The notes: generated by a model not told the origin, from the letters alone. 64,000 bases of DNA from Caecitellus pseudoparvulus (GCA_965644315.1 CBFFRQ010000052.1:240214-304213), one strand, 5' to 3'. Positions 23,321 to 35,100 are shown, numbered from the stretch's first letter. Numbers and translations are program-made.

Positions 23321-26300
23321 TCAAAACGCAACAGGGGCTTCCTCGTCGATGCCTGACATGTACACTTGCAGGTTGCCGGCAGTGGCTGAGCGAGGGATGC
23401 TGGCGTCGAGCAGGCCCCCCTCTGGCAGCAGGGGCAGCAGCAGGGGTGGCCCGCTTCCGTCAGCGTCTGCTGGGCTCAGCACGGGCATGGAGGCGGAAGA
23501 GGGCAGGTGCCCGCCTGGCTGCGCTTTGGTGTCCGGCGCCTCGGGCGGGCTGGGTGCCGCCGGCTCCCGCACGGACAGGACGCTGAGCACGTTGGGGGGA
23601 GCGGGCGTGCCAGGTGGCTGCTGCAGGGGCGGCATGCTCAGCCCGGGCAATGCAAAGTGTGAGACGGAGGGAGACATGCCGCCGCCCGGGCCCGAGGTGG
23701 AAGTCAGGGACGACAGGTCGTTCATGCTGCGGTTGCGGTTGGTGGTGGTGGCGACGCGGCTCAGCACCTTGAGCATGCGCTCCACAGCCAGCGTGTCGTC
23801 CACGAAGAAGGCGGCGCTGGAGGGCTTGCGCCCGACGATGACTGTGTACTGCACGGGAGCAGTGGAGGGCTTGCCACTCCCTGCGCCAGAGCCGCCCTGG
23901 CCGCTGGACGTGCCACTGCCTGCCGAGGCGAGGGACAGCAAGCTGCCGCCAAAGTCGCCGCGCAGCAGGGAGGAGCTGTCCAGCAGCCCACCGGCACCTC
24001 GGCGGCTGCGCCCTCCCAGCGCATGGCCAAAGCTGCGGTTGCGGTTGGAGTGCAGAGGGCGCACGAGAGATGCTGTCGGGGGCAGGGCCGCGGGGGGCGT
24101 GCTCTCGCCTGGGCCCGGGTCAGGGCTGTCCTGCACGGGGGTGCTGCTGCAGCTGGCAGCGTCCCCGCCGCCCCCCGACGCATCGGTGCCGGTCATGGCA
24201 TCTGCGCTGGCGGCGACCTGCGCCGTGGCCGAGCTTGTGGCGCGCCGTCGCTCCTTGGTGCGGCTGCGCGCTGCAGCCAGCGTCTTCTGCCGCTCGGCCA
24301 GCATGGTGAACATGCTCTCATCAGCGTTGTCGTCCCCCACACACAGCAAGAAGTCCACCCTGCGCCCCCGACGGGAGAGGTGCCCGCTCTGCCCACTCCG
24401 ACCGGGCCCGGCACTAATCTTCGATGGCGCCACCACCGCCCCTGGACGACCCAAGGCAGGTTGCTCAGCAGGTCCACCGGTGGGCTGCTGCACCTGGAAG
24501 GGTGGCGCCACGCCACCAGCAGCACCTTGGCCACACGGGAACGTGTCACCCTCCATGTCTGTGGTCATTGCATCCACCTCCGTGGCGTCGCCGGCAGCTG
24601 GCAGCTTGGCGGCACCCCTGCCTCGCCGAGCGCGCCGCGCCAGCTGGCTCGTCACGGCGCTCTCGGCAGCTGCCTGCACCGCCTCCGAGTCCACGCCCGC
24701 GCTGGCGCAGTTTGTCTGCTCCATGAGCGTGGCCTGCCCAGCGGCCACCCTGCCTTCCAAGAGGTGGATGAAGTGCTGGGCGATGGCGCCCTTGCTGACG
24801 CCACGGGGGCGCACTTCAATGTACGCAGAGCCCTGGAACACCTCCACGGGGAAGTGCTTCAGCAGCCCTGTCAAGTGGTCCACCAACTCCTTGGCCTGCA
24901 GCCTGCCAAAGTCTGCGTCTGCATCGCCAAAGTGCCACACCATGCTGCTGCTCTTGCGCGAGACAAAGGTGCCGTTTGTGCGGGCGGCGTACCCCTCCAT
25001 GTACGCGGCGACTAGGTCCATCCAGCTGTCGTCAAAGTGCTCCCCCAGCTGCTGCCATTCGTGGTTCGCTGCCATGAGGGTGGGGGACACGCCCGGTGTG
25101 CCAGGGGACCCTGGCGTGTAGGTGGGGGTGCTGGTCAGCGGGCCGGGCGCCCGGCCGAACTTGTAGTAGAAGCCGTGCTCTGCGGCCAGGCACACCTCGG
25201 GGCAGTCCTCGAAGGCCTTCTCCAGGACGTCCCGCTGCTTGCCAGACAGCACCACGACAGTGTTGCGGGGGTCCTTCGCCAGGGCGCGCAGGGAGGCCTT
25301 CACCGCCTGCGGCACGGGGGGCTCCGCGAGGTAAGACCCGGACACCTTCTCCAGCAGGCCGGCCGCAGCGGCATGGCGGCGTGTGGCGGCAGCTTTTGAC
25401 CCCTTCGCCTCGCTGCGCATGAGGGTGCCGGAGTAGTCCAGCAGGAAGAGGCGGCGGGAGGTGCGGCGGTAGCTGGCCAGCATGTCCTGCACGTCCAGGT
25501 TCCGGAAGTTCGACTGGAAGCCCAGTTGGCGGTAGTTCAGGCCAAGCCCGAAGCCCATGTACGTGCGGGAGCCGCCCTCCTGCGAAGCACGCTTCAAGTC
25601 CAGCAGTACACGCTCCGCCCACATGGATGTGGTGGTGTCCCCCATGCATGAGCGGTTGGCCTCCACACGAGCCGCCACTTCCTCCCCCGGCAGGCGCAGG
25701 GCAGTGGCGATGCCATGTGCGACGGCAGACACCTTCCAGGGGTTCACCCGCACTGCTCCCGGCAGGATGCGGGAGCAGGAGGCAAACTCAGAGACAACCA
25801 CGACGCCCGCGCCGCCCCGAGCGGCAAACATGAACTCCAGCGGCGTCAAGTTCAGCCCGTCTCGGAAGGGCACGGACAGGTGCACATGCCCCAAGGAGAA
25901 GAGGGCCAGGCGCTCAGCCATGGGCACGCCGCCCTGCCGCTGCATGTAGTGCACCACCGGCCCCGTGAGTGAGCCAAGGGGCGCGTGTGCTTGTGCTGGG
26001 GGCGCCTCCGTCGCGGCCTCCGCGCCAGCCCTTGCCTGCAGGGCTTGTGGGCCGAAGCGACCGTTAATGCGGCGCACGAGGTACTCCACCTCCGCCTGGG
26101 TGCTTGTGCAATCCTCGGTGCGAGACTTGTCGAAGACACCCACCTGGACGAGGGTGACGTGCCCCACCCATGCTGGGTACTCCTGCAAGAACAACTCAAA
26201 GGCGACGAGCTTCAGGGGTAGGCCCTTCAGTCGCTCCAGAGAGTCCAGGCCCACCACCACCTTCATCATGCCGGAGCAGGGGTGCACCTCCTCCTCCCAG

Positions 26301-28027
26301 TCCGGCTGTTCGTACAGGTGCTTGGGCGTCTCGATGGGCGACGCCGACTCCAGGTGCTCCGCGCTGCCCAACCCCCCCTCAGCAGGCACCAATGTTTGTG
26401 CAGGCACTACCCCAGCGGAGCCCTGGCGCGCCAGGGAGGCTGCCGGGATGGCCGCTGTTCTCTCCAGCTGCGCCCTGAACATGGCGACCTCGTCGGTGGC
26501 CAGCTTGTGCTCCAAGAACAGCGGCTCCACACCAGCGTGGCAGACGGTGATGATGACATCCCTGCCGTTGTTGTGCAGGGCGATGCGGCCGCCGCCCTGG
26601 ATGGTGTGCTCCAGGCCCATGATGCGGCGGCAGCACGCCAAGAAGTGCCGCGCGTACTCGAAGAGGTGGAAGCCGATGTGGTCTGCGTTCAGCATGCCGC
26701 GCAGCAGGTCATCTCGCACGCTGAGTGTGCGGAAGATCTCACTGCTGGGGAAGGGCGCGTGCAGGAACATGCCCATGTTGGAGGAGCGCAGGCGGCGCCG
26801 GGCGAGGACAGAGGGCAGGAGGAGCAGGTGGAAGTCGTGGATCCACACGAGGTCCCCCTCGTTGTACGCCTCCACCACGACGTCCCCGAACTTGCTGTTC
26901 ATCTCCATGTACGCCAGCCACCGCGCAGACTGCCGCTCGCGGTGCCACCACCGTGTCGGGTACTCCCCATACACGTCCACGACATTGTGGAACAGCGGCC
27001 ACAGCGTGTCCTTGCAGAAACCCTTGACGGCCGACGCGGCAGTCTCCTCAGACAGGAACACGGGGCGGCAGCGGTACGGCGCCAGGGCTGCCCGCACCGC
27101 CTCCTGCTCCTCGGGGGGCACGTACACGTTGGGCAAGCCAACGAAGTCCACGCGCAGCCGCATCTCCCCGCCGAAGTGCTCCGAGGGCCGCTTGCGAGAC
27201 AGGAGGTGCTCCTCGTCCCACGCCACGCGCCAGGCGCCGTTGGGGTTGTGTGTCAGCAGCACGGGCAGTTGGGGCACCACCACCAGCACGCCGTCTGCCT
27301 CCGTCAGGCGCACCCCGGACGCGGAGCCGGCCAGTGTCGCGCCTTCCGTTCGAGAAGCCTTGTGCCGCGGCACGCGGTGCCCCATGCCCATGACTTCCCC
27401 TGCCGGCCCCGCAACGCCCCTCGCCCGCACGCTGCTGCGGGGCAAGGGGCCATCGCTGCCACTGCGGCGATGGCGCGCGGGTGGCGTGCTGGCCCGCTGG
27501 GGAGGGTGCCGCTGCCCGCCGGAGGCCACGGGGCCACTCGCGGGGTCCAGGGCGGGGGGCTCCGTGATGCCGGTGCCACTGCCGCCACCCTCGCTGCTGT
27601 GGGAGGAGAGGCCTGTGTTCCCACTTGGCTGCGCAGCCATGGAGGCGCTGAGGTCCCTGTCAGGGCCGCTGGCAGGCTCAGGTGGCGGAGACAGGCTGTC
27701 AAGTTCGTCCTCCGCAATGCACTCGTAGGCTGTCGGGACGATGACGCGGTTGCCGTGGAAGGACTCGTAGCGCTGGAAGTTCCCGCCACTCATGATCATG
27801 TACTTGTACTCTACCCGACTCTTCGTGGGCAGGGCGATGGTGTCGACGTGGAACCACGTTGGGAAGGCTTCGGGGCTCGTGACCAACTGCACAGCCTTCT
27901 GCGGGTCCCAGCCCCCCAGCAGCGGGTGGCTCCCACACACATACACCGTCTCACCCATTTGTACCGGCGCCTTGACGCGGAAGCGCACGCGGCTAAACAG
28001 CTGCACATTGCTGGCGTTGCTTGCCAT
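23321..28027 (-). CDS. CBM20 + trehalose-6-phosphate synthase/phosphatase (GT20-HAD) fusion, class II-like
   Basis: CBM20 GETVYVCGSHPLLGGWD; GT20 GFCKDTLWPLFH, VWIHDFHLLLLP, FLHAPFPSSEIFRTL, RDGLNL; TPP LDYSGTL, AEHG, EVRPRGVSKG, CVGDDNADESMF. No introns seen. Confidence 0.93.
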   Translation of the reverse strand: MASNASNVQLFSRVRFRVKAPVQMGETVYVCGSHPLLGGWDPQKAVQLVTSPEAFPTWFHVDTIALPTKSRVEYKYMIMSGGNFQRYESFHGNRVIVPTAYECIAEDELDSLSPPPEPASGPDRDLSASMAAQPSGNTGLSSHSSEGGGSGTGITEPPALDPASGPVASGGQRHPPQRASTPPARHRRSGSDGPLPRSSVRARGVAGPAGEVMGMGHRVPRHKASRTEGATLAGSASGVRLTEADGVLVVVPQLPVLLTHNPNGAWRVAWDEEHLLSRKRPSEHFGGEMRLRVDFVGLPNVYVPPEEQEAVRAALAPYRCRPVFLSEETAASAVKGFCKDTLWPLFHNVVDVYGEYPTRWWHRERQSARWLAYMEMNSKFGDVVVEAYNEGDLVWIHDFHLLLLPSVLARRRLRSSNMGMFLHAPFPSSEIFRTLSVRDDLLRGMLNADHIGFHLFEYARHFLACCRRIMGLEHTIQGGGRIALHNNGRDVIITVCHAGVEPLFLEHKLATDEVAMFRAQLERTAAIPAASLARQGSAGVVPAQTLVPAEGGLGSAEHLESASPIETPKHLYEQPDWEEEVHPCSGMMKVVVGLDSLERLKGLPLKLVAFELFLQEYPAWVGHVTLVQVGVFDKSRTEDCTSTQAEVEYLVRRINGRFGPQALQARAGAEAATEAPPAQAHAPLGSLTGPVVHYMQRQGGVPMAERLALFSLGHVHLSVPFRDGLNLTPLEFMFAARGGAGVVVVSEFASCSRILPGAVRVNPWKVSAVAHGIATALRLPGEEVAARVEANRSCMGDTTTSMWAERVLLDLKRASQEGGSRTYMGFGLGLNYRQLGFQSNFRNLDVQDMLASYRRTSRRLFLLDYSGTLMRSEAKGSKAAATRRHAAAAGLLEKVSGSYLAEPPVPQAVKASLRALAKDPRNTVVVLSGKQRDVLEKAFEDCPEVCLAAEHGFYYKFGRAPGPLTSTPTYTPGSPGTPGVSPTLMAANHEWQQLGEHFDDSWMDLVAAYMEGYAARTNGTFVSRKSSSMVWHFGDADADFGRLQAKELVDHLTGLLKHFPVEVFQGSAYIEVRPRGVSKGAIAQHFIHLLEGRVAAGQATLMEQTNCASAGVDSEAVQAAAESAVTSQLARRARRGRGAAKLPAAGDATEVDAMTTDMEGDTFPCGQGAAGGVAPPFQVQQPTGGPAEQPALGRPGAVVAPSKISAGPGRSGQSGHLSRRGRRVDFLLCVGDDNADESMFTMLAERQKTLAAARSRTKERRRATSSATAQVAASADAMTGTDASGGGGDAASCSSTPVQDSPDPGPGESTPPAALPPTASLVRPLHSNRNRSFGHALGGRSRRGAGGLLDSSSLLRGDFGGSLLSLASAGSGTSSGQGGSGAGSGKPSTAPVQYTVIVGRKPSSAAFFVDDTLAVERMLKVLSRVATTTNRNRSMNDLSSLTSTSGPGGGMSPSVSHFALPGLSMPPLQQPPGTPAPPNVLSVLSVREPAAPSPPEAPDTKAQPGGHLPSSASMPVLSPADADGSGPPLLLPLLPEGGLLDASIPRSATAGNLQVYMSGIDEEAPVAF

Positions 28028-28298
28028 GGTGCAGTGCACTTCCACAGCGCCACCTGCCACAACGTGGAGCGCAGGAGGGACGCGAATGGCACTCAACTGC
28101 CCTCATGTGAACCTCATGGGCTCAACTATGGGTGCACGTTTGGTAGGTATTGTTATTTTTGCTGCACATGCGAAGACTTGCGCGGAGAGCGCTCCGAACT
28201 GGAGGCTGGTGTGATGCCCTTGGGCAGAGTGGCACTGTCGCACGCCGCGGGCACCGCCCTCCTGCCGTTCCAGCAGCAGTGGTTCGTACATTGCCTCG

Positions 28299-29637
28299 TC
28301 AGACACGCTCGCACACGGCAGCAGTGTACTCTGAGCAGGACGCCGTCCCGCCCAGGTCGCCCGTGCGGTGCTTGCCGTCCCGAATGACGCCCAGGGCAGC
28401 GCTCTCAATGCGGTCTGCGTGCTCGTGCAAGCCGACGTGGCGCAGCATCATGACACCGCTCAGCAACAAGGCGGTGGGGTTGGCCTTGTCCTGCCCTGCG
28501 ATGTCCGGCGCAGTGCCGTGCACCGCCTCAAAGACCGAGGCGGCCTCCCCGATGTTGCCCGAGGGGGTGAGGCCGAGGCCGCCGATGAGGCCAGCACCCA
28601 GGTCCGAGGCGATGTCGCCGTACAGGTTGGGCATGACCATGACGTCGAAGACGTTGGGGTCGGAGGCCATCTGCAGCATGGCCTTGTCGATGACCATCTC
28701 GTCATACTTGATGTCGGGGTACTGCGCGGCAGCTTCGCGGCAGCACTCCAGGAACAGGCCGTCCACCAGCTTCATGATGGTGGCCTTGTGCACTGCAGTG
28801 ACCTCCTTGCGCCCGTGGGACACGGCGTACTCGAACGCAAACTTGGCGATGCGCTCAGAGGCTTGGCGGGTGATGACCTTGAGGTTCTCCACGACGCCCG
28901 GCACCACCTCGTGCTCCAGGCCGCTGTACTCGCCCTCGGTGTTCTCGCGGATGGTGACGATGTCCACGTCGTCGTACTTGGTCTTGAAGCCCGGGATGCT
29001 CTTGCAGGGGCGCACGTTGGCGTACAGGTTCAGCGCCTTGCGCAGGGTCAGGTTCAGGGACCTGTGCCCAGTGCCGATGGGCGTGGCGAAGGGACCTGAG
29101 GTGGTAGGGCAGCAAGCACGCGTGCAGCCAGCGCCATGGTGGCCGTGCAACGGGAAGGGCCGCGGCGATGCGGGGTGCCCGTCCCCGGCGCGCCCAGAAC
29201 TCACCCTTCAAGCCCACCTTGTTGCGCAGGACTGAGTCCAGGGCCTCCTGGGAGATCAGGTCGCCGCCAGGCGTCACAGCATGTGTGGAGATGGTGTGGT
29301 GCTCCCAAGTCACGGGCACGTCGGCAGCCTGTGGTAGGAGGGTGAGCCGGTTGCCGGGGTGGGTAACACGCAATTCCCGCAACCCCGCACGCAGGCTTGC
29401 GCACCTTGAAGATGGTGCACACAGCGTCAGCAATCTCCGGGCCAATGCCGTCACCCGGGAAAATGGTGGCAGTGAACCCGTTGGCGGCGTCAGTGATGTG
29501 CCTGGACGCGGGCACCTGTGCAAACGCGAACTCCAGACGCTGCGGCGGTGTGGTGCGGCGGCAGCAGCAGGCGCGCTCACCTGCTTCGTGGCAGAGGCCG
29601 CGCGGGCAGCTGCCCTGGCGGCAGCGCTAAGGGACAT
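28299..29637 (-). CDS. IDH3A: Mitochondrial NAD-dependent isocitrate dehydrogenase subunit (IDH3 alpha-like)
   Basis: [52 protein letters not shown]. Introns 29516-29580, 29329-29404, 29096-29204. Confidence 0.93.
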
Positions 29638-29749
29638 GCTTGGCAGAGGTAGTGGCGGCACGTGCATTGGCTGGCGCAAGGGCGGTGCTCTTGTGGGTGA
29701 TGGAAATGTGCCTGGGACTGCGGACAGTGACGGCCATGACGCGCACGCC

Positions 29750-30484
29750 TCAAGACAGCTTCAACTCCCACACGTGGCATTCACTGTGGCCGTTGGAGCA
29801 GGCAGCCACATCTGCAGGCAGTTGCGACGTGTGACGCCACTCCCATGCCAAGCCCCGCACTGCCACGGTGCCTTGCTGCCCAGCCGCCTGCAAGGCCTCA
29901 ACAGGCAGGCCAGGCCTCCCAGGGTCTGCCAGCAGCACACGAGCGCCTGCGCTGAGGTTGCTGGCCAGGAAGCGAAGCAGGGGTGCAGCAAAGGCGTCGT
30001 CGTACAGCACGTCGCCGACGAGGAGCAAATCGGCGCCGCAGGGCATGGGCTGGCTGGGGTGTGCAAGGTGGTCCTGCGTGGACACAGAGCATGCATCGCT
30101 CAGCCCATTCAGGCGCGCGTTGGCCATGGCAGCCTGCACTGCCACGGTGTCCGTGTCCAGCATGGACACGTGCGCGGCGCCCAGCGAAGCTGCCGCGAGC
30201 CCCGCTGCGCCACAGCCACAGCCAAAGTCAACCACCCGCGCAGCTGGCGGGCAGAAGGATGGATTGCTGTGCAAGGCCTCTGCCAAGGCAAAGCTTCCTG
30301 GCCATAGGAATGCGAAGTACGGCTCCTGCTCGCCTCCCAGCGCTGCGCACGTCGTTGACATAGGCGCTGCCCACAGCTGCGGCGTGTGGGAGGGAGTTAG
30401 CACGTGCAGCATTTGCCCTATCTCATGGAACGTGTGTGGCTTTGGAAGGCATGCCTTGCCCACCCGGCACACTTCCCTGTGCAT
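29750..30484 (-). CDS. Protein lysine methyltransferase (METTL20/ETFBKMT, Methyltransf_16-like); start uncertain
   Basis: EPYFAFLWPGSFALA, VVDFGCGCG, ANARLNG, LLVGDVLYD, VLLADPGR. Confidence 0.8.
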   Translation of the reverse strand: MHREVCRVGKACLPKPHTFHEIGQMLHVLTPSHTPQLWAAPMSTTCAALGGEQEPYFAFLWPGSFALAEALHSNPSFCPPAARVVDFGCGCGAAGLAAASLGAAHVSMLDTDTVAVQAAMANARLNGLSDACSVSTQDHLAHPSQPMPCGADLLLVGDVLYDDAFAAPLLRFLASNLSAGARVLLADPGRPGLPVEALQAAGQQGTVAVRGLAWEWRHTSQLPADVAACSNGHSECHVWELKLS

Positions 30485-30785
30485 TCCCTGCAGCGCTTGC
30501 CAGGCCTGGCGGCTGGGGTGAAACGCAGGCAAAACGCGCCCTCAGAGCACAACCATTCGCATTCGCACTGCCTGACCACAAATACCCAACCCGTGGCTTT
30601 GTAGTGACATGTACATGGAATTTGCCCATCTCTCGTGAAGGCTCTTCTGCCCCCGACTCAGCCACCCTCCTCAACGGCCTCTGCACTTGCCGAGCCTGCA
30701 GCAACAGCGCGCCTTGTGCGCGGGGATCATTTGAGCACCGTGCTTGACTGGCCCACGGCAGCCTGCCGTGCTGCTCGTTGCGAAC

Positions 30786-32081
30786 ATGGCTTCCATCATC
30801 ACGAGTGGCCTCTGCCAAGCTCACAAAGGTAAGCAGCCCTCATGCGGCCCTCAACGCCGACCGCCAGCACGTTGCTCCGCTGGCCTTGCAGAAGCCCTGG
30901 CTGTCGCAGGCTTCACAACCCTCGAGGAAGTCGCGGAGCTGGGAGGGGTGGATCTCATGAAAGGCACGTGGCCCTTGCACGCAGCGACCGCGTCATTGCT
31001 CCGCTGTCGGCCCTCGGGACACAGCAGCGCCGCTGACCTGCGCAGAGCTGCGGTGCAGCAAGGAAACAGCAGCTGAGATTCTTGCTGCCGTCGCGAAGGG
31101 CAGTGCCGAAGCAGGTGCAGGGGGTGCAGAACCGTCTGCTGAGCCTGCTGCGGCGCACTCAGCCAAGACAGCGCTGGAGCTGCTGCAAGCGTGCAGCTCG
31201 CAGCACATCGTGAGCTTTTGCAAGCCCCTGGACGACCTGCTGGGGGGCGGCGTGGCGTGTGGGGAGGTCACTGAGTTCTGCGGCATCCCCGGCGTCGGCA
31301 AGACGCAGCTGTGCATGCAGCTGGCCGCAGACGCCGCTGTTCCCCGCGACATGGGCGGCGTGGGTGGTGCAACCTTGTACATTGACACGGAGGGAAGCTT
31401 CATCGCGCCCCGCCAGCACCAAATTGCCGCGGCCCTGTGTAGCCACTTGGAAGCCATGTCGGCCAAGGTACGTGCAGCGCCATGGCAGCAGAGCCCCCTG
31501 CTGGCGCCGACTTCACCCGCCCACCCACCTGTCTGTCGCAGCGAGCCCGGCCGGAGGGGGAGGCCGGAGCACAGGGCGAGAAGGCAGGGCCGCCCACGGT
31601 GCCGACAGCTGAGGAAGTGCTGTCCAACATCCACGTCATTCGCGCCACGACGGCGACAGAGCAGCTGGCGGCAGTCATGGCTCTGCCCAAGCTGCTGGAG
31701 ACGCTCACGGACGTGCGCCTGGTCATCCTGGACTCCGTCGCCTTCCACTTCCGGCACTCAGGCGGCAAGCAGGACGTGCGCAGCCACACCGTGAAGGCCA
31801 TGGTACGTGGCCTGACAGCCGTGGCATCCTCCCACGACGTGGCGGTGGTGGTCACAAACCATATGACCCACAGACGGGACGCGAACTCAGGTGCATTCAC
31901 CCTCGTGCCTGCCCTGGGGGAGACCTGGTCCCACGCCTGCACCACGCGAGTGCTGCTGCACTGGGAGGGTGCCTTGCGTGCAGCCAGCGTCGTCAAGTCC
32001 TCCACGCGCCCACCCGGCGCGTGCATCTTCTCTGTCACGGCAGAGGGCATTCGGCGCATCCGCACGACAGCTTCCGCGTGA
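30786..32081 (+). CDS. RAD51C: RAD51 paralog C
   Basis: IVSFCKPLDDLLGGG, TEFCGIPGVGKTQLCMQLA, YIDTEGSF, LVILDSVAFHFR, VPALGETWSHA. Introns 30829-30891, 30964-31045 (GC-AG), 31468-31541. Confidence 0.93.
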
Positions 32082-32111
32082 GGATGGGGGGTGGGGCGTG
32101 CGCCACACGCA

Positions 32112-35100
32112 CTACCCCATGGACAGCGCTGGCATGGACAGGGACGGCGCTTCCGCCGCTGCCGTGTGCCCACCTCCCGTGGCTGCCTCCGCTGGAGCAG
32201 AGGGGGTGAGCTGCAGGCGAGGGGCCTCCGCGTCAGCACCGCTGGGGTGGGCTGTGGGGGTGTGGGGGAGCAGGGTGGGGTCTGGCACTGCCCCAGAAGC
32301 GGCGGCAGCGGCGACGGCGGCAGGGTCAGCCGGCAGCGGCGCCAGCGTGTGTTCCTCCACTGCGGACGGCTTCTGCACCCACACAGCGGCGGCGTAGACG
32401 CAGAAGGCAGGGGACACACGGCACTGTGAGCCGACGATGGCGCCTGCCCAGTCGTAGAAGCCCAGGTGGGCGCTGCATCCGGGGCAGAGCAGCTTGCCGT
32501 GCTGCCCCGGCATCTCCCCCATCCAGTCCAGCGGCTCCAGAAACACGACGTCACCCCCCACGGCGAATGCAGAGGACTCCACATCCGCATCCACCACCTG
32601 GCTTGACTCCGTCACACGCCGCCGGGTGGCTGTGCTGGGGCGTCGACGCCGTGTGAGGTGCTCGATGCCTGAGTCGTCCTCCACGCCTGCAGTGGGTGCT
32701 GAGAGAGGCGTGGCGCTGTGCACTGCAGGCTCGTCTGGGGACTCCTCGCTTGATGACGAGGAGTCCCGAGTGGGTGGCGGGGAGAATGTCAAGGCCGCGA
32801 GCAGCTGCAGGCGCTGGCGGTAGCTCTCGCGCTCCGAGCCAGCGAGGACGGAGCTGACGCTGCGCTTGTCAGCGTCACTCCACTGCTCGCCCTTGTCGAA
32901 GACGACGGTGCTCTTCCACCCGCTGCGCTTGGAGTAGTCCGTGGGTGCGGCAGTGGAGATGCGGTTGCCAAAGACGTCTTTGGGGCCAGGCGGGGAGGGC
33001 GCCTTAGGGGAAGTGGCGAAGGTCAAGCCCCCCTTGCGGCGCATGCCAGATGGCGTCTGGGGCGCCCCATCCGCCGCCAGCGCCCACGGATCGTACTCCT
33101 CTGACGCCTCGCGACTGGCAGTGACGCTGGTTGCGGCGGCACCTTCCTCGGCGGTATCCAGCCCAAAGGTGAAGGCGCCTGGCTTGGCTGAGTGCCGGGT
33201 GGAAGGGGGCGCGCCGCTGGACCAGGCAGGTGTGGGTGCGAGGGACGGTGTGGAGCCTGCTGCGCCGCCAGAGGGGACATGGAAGGAGGCCGGCTGCCCC
33301 CTCCCGAGCGCTTTGGGCCCTGGTGCCACCTCCGGTGAGGCCACCCGGGCCGAGGCGGACCCCGCCACAACGGCAGCCTCTGCAGTGGCAGTGGCAGAGG
33401 CGGGAGACAGCACAGGCTCCGTGCGGGGTGTGGGCGGAGATGCCGCCAGCACGCTCGCGCCGGCGCCGCCCAGCTGGCTGCGCTGGGCGGCCGCCGTGCG
33501 AGGCGTGACGGGGGGCGGCTTGGCGGGGGACGTCGGCGCTGCGGCGAGGAGCGCGCCCAGAGCATCCCCACTGTCGGACAGGTCAATGCCTGTCGCGGTA
33601 TCCATGTCTTTGGGGCTGGTGCTGGAGGCCAGGGCGCCCTCCAGGACGGGGCTGAGGATGGTGGGGCCTGCGAGCTCGGTGGGGGAGCGTGCGACATGGA
33701 GGGAGGGGGGGGCGGAGATGACACCCCCCGCAGCCCTGCGGCCCGCCTTGGGCCGCGGCGGCGCCTCCAAGCACGCACCAGCTTCGTCCTCCACAGACAC
33801 AGCCCGCCGGGGTGATGTGTCGGCCTCGTGAGGCGCACGCACCGCTTGCAAGGCGCGCTGGGCAGCTGCCGTGGTGGTCTGCCCCCCAGAGCCGGTGCGC
33901 GCCCGCCCATCTACGGCATCGTCCTCGAAGACGCGCTTGGAAGAGCGGGCAGTGAGGGGGCGCTGCACCCTGGAGGGCGTGGGCTTCTCCGTCCAGCGCC
34001 CGGCGGCGGAGGCGGTGCTGGGGCGCACCACGGAGGAGGCTAGGAACAGCGCGTGGTCGCAGGCCTGACACCGGAAGCGCCACTGCATGCCCATGAGGGG
34101 CGGGATGACCACTGCTCGCGTCTGGCCTGGGTGGCTCAGCGTGAAGTGCGCCATGCGGCGCACGGTGGCCACTGCCTGGTCCACTGCTGTCAGCTGCATG
34201 GTGGCCACCAGGCTGCGTGCGAGGGGAGGCACGACGGTGCTGGTGGCGGAGCGGGAGGAGGGCAGGGGTGACGGCCCTTCCCCTGTCCGCTGTGTACTGG
34301 GCGTCGGCAGTGTCGGCTGCTCAGGCAGCGCCGGCGCACCCTTCCCGGCGGGCGACTGCTCCGACACTGTCAGGTGCAGTTGTGGGGGCTTAGCGGGTGG
34401 TGCCTGCTCGCTGCCCTCCGCTGCGAAGGCTGGCGCAGGGGCGCCTGCTGCCTGGGGACTGAGAGACAACCCCCCCGCGCCCACTGTGTGCAGGCGGCGC
34501 AAGGTGCGCCCGGCAGGCGACAGGGTGGGTGCCGGCGTGATGGGTGCTGCAGTGGGCAGCGCAGAGCTGCCAGGCGTGTCCACTTCAGCCGTGGGGGGCG
34601 CCTCCTGGGGCGGCTCCATGCCTGCGAACTCTGCATGGCGCACAGTCACCTGCCGGGCATCGTTGCGGCGGCGCTTCACAGCCACTGCGGCGGCCAGCTT
34701 GCGGTACAGCAGGATCTGCTGGGCCGAGTAGATGTGGTACTTGGACTCTCGGTACGCCCGGAGTTGCAGCTCGAAGCCTGCGAGGAGTGGGGGGCGGGGG
34801 GCGGTGCAGTGCGCTGCTCCCCCTGCGGCGAGTCCGGCCAGCTCTGGCGCACCTTTGTTGGGCTCCACGACGGAGCGCTTGTTCTTCAGGAAGCGGAAGC
34901 CCTCTTCGTAAGTGCAGCCGTGGTGGCTCATGAGCCACGCGATGATGACGGAGGCAGAGCGAGAGCGCCCTCCAACACTGCGCCGGCGGGCAAGGGCAGG
35001 TGGCGGGGCACTGCAAGAAGCGCTGGGTGAAGCCAGGGTGAAGGTCGCACGCACCAGTGCACGAAGGTGCCCCCTGCACTCATGCCGGCGTTGATGAAGA

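Noticed and set aside
25965-28387. 587- and 701-aa + strand ORFs
   Set aside because: Shadows of the TPS/TPP gene
30533-30553. In-frame ATG...TGA just upstream of the methyltransferase ORF (possible readthrough or Sec)
   Set aside because: Lies in a non-conserved leader, a downstream ATG exists, TGA is a normal stop in many genes here, and no SECIS was identified
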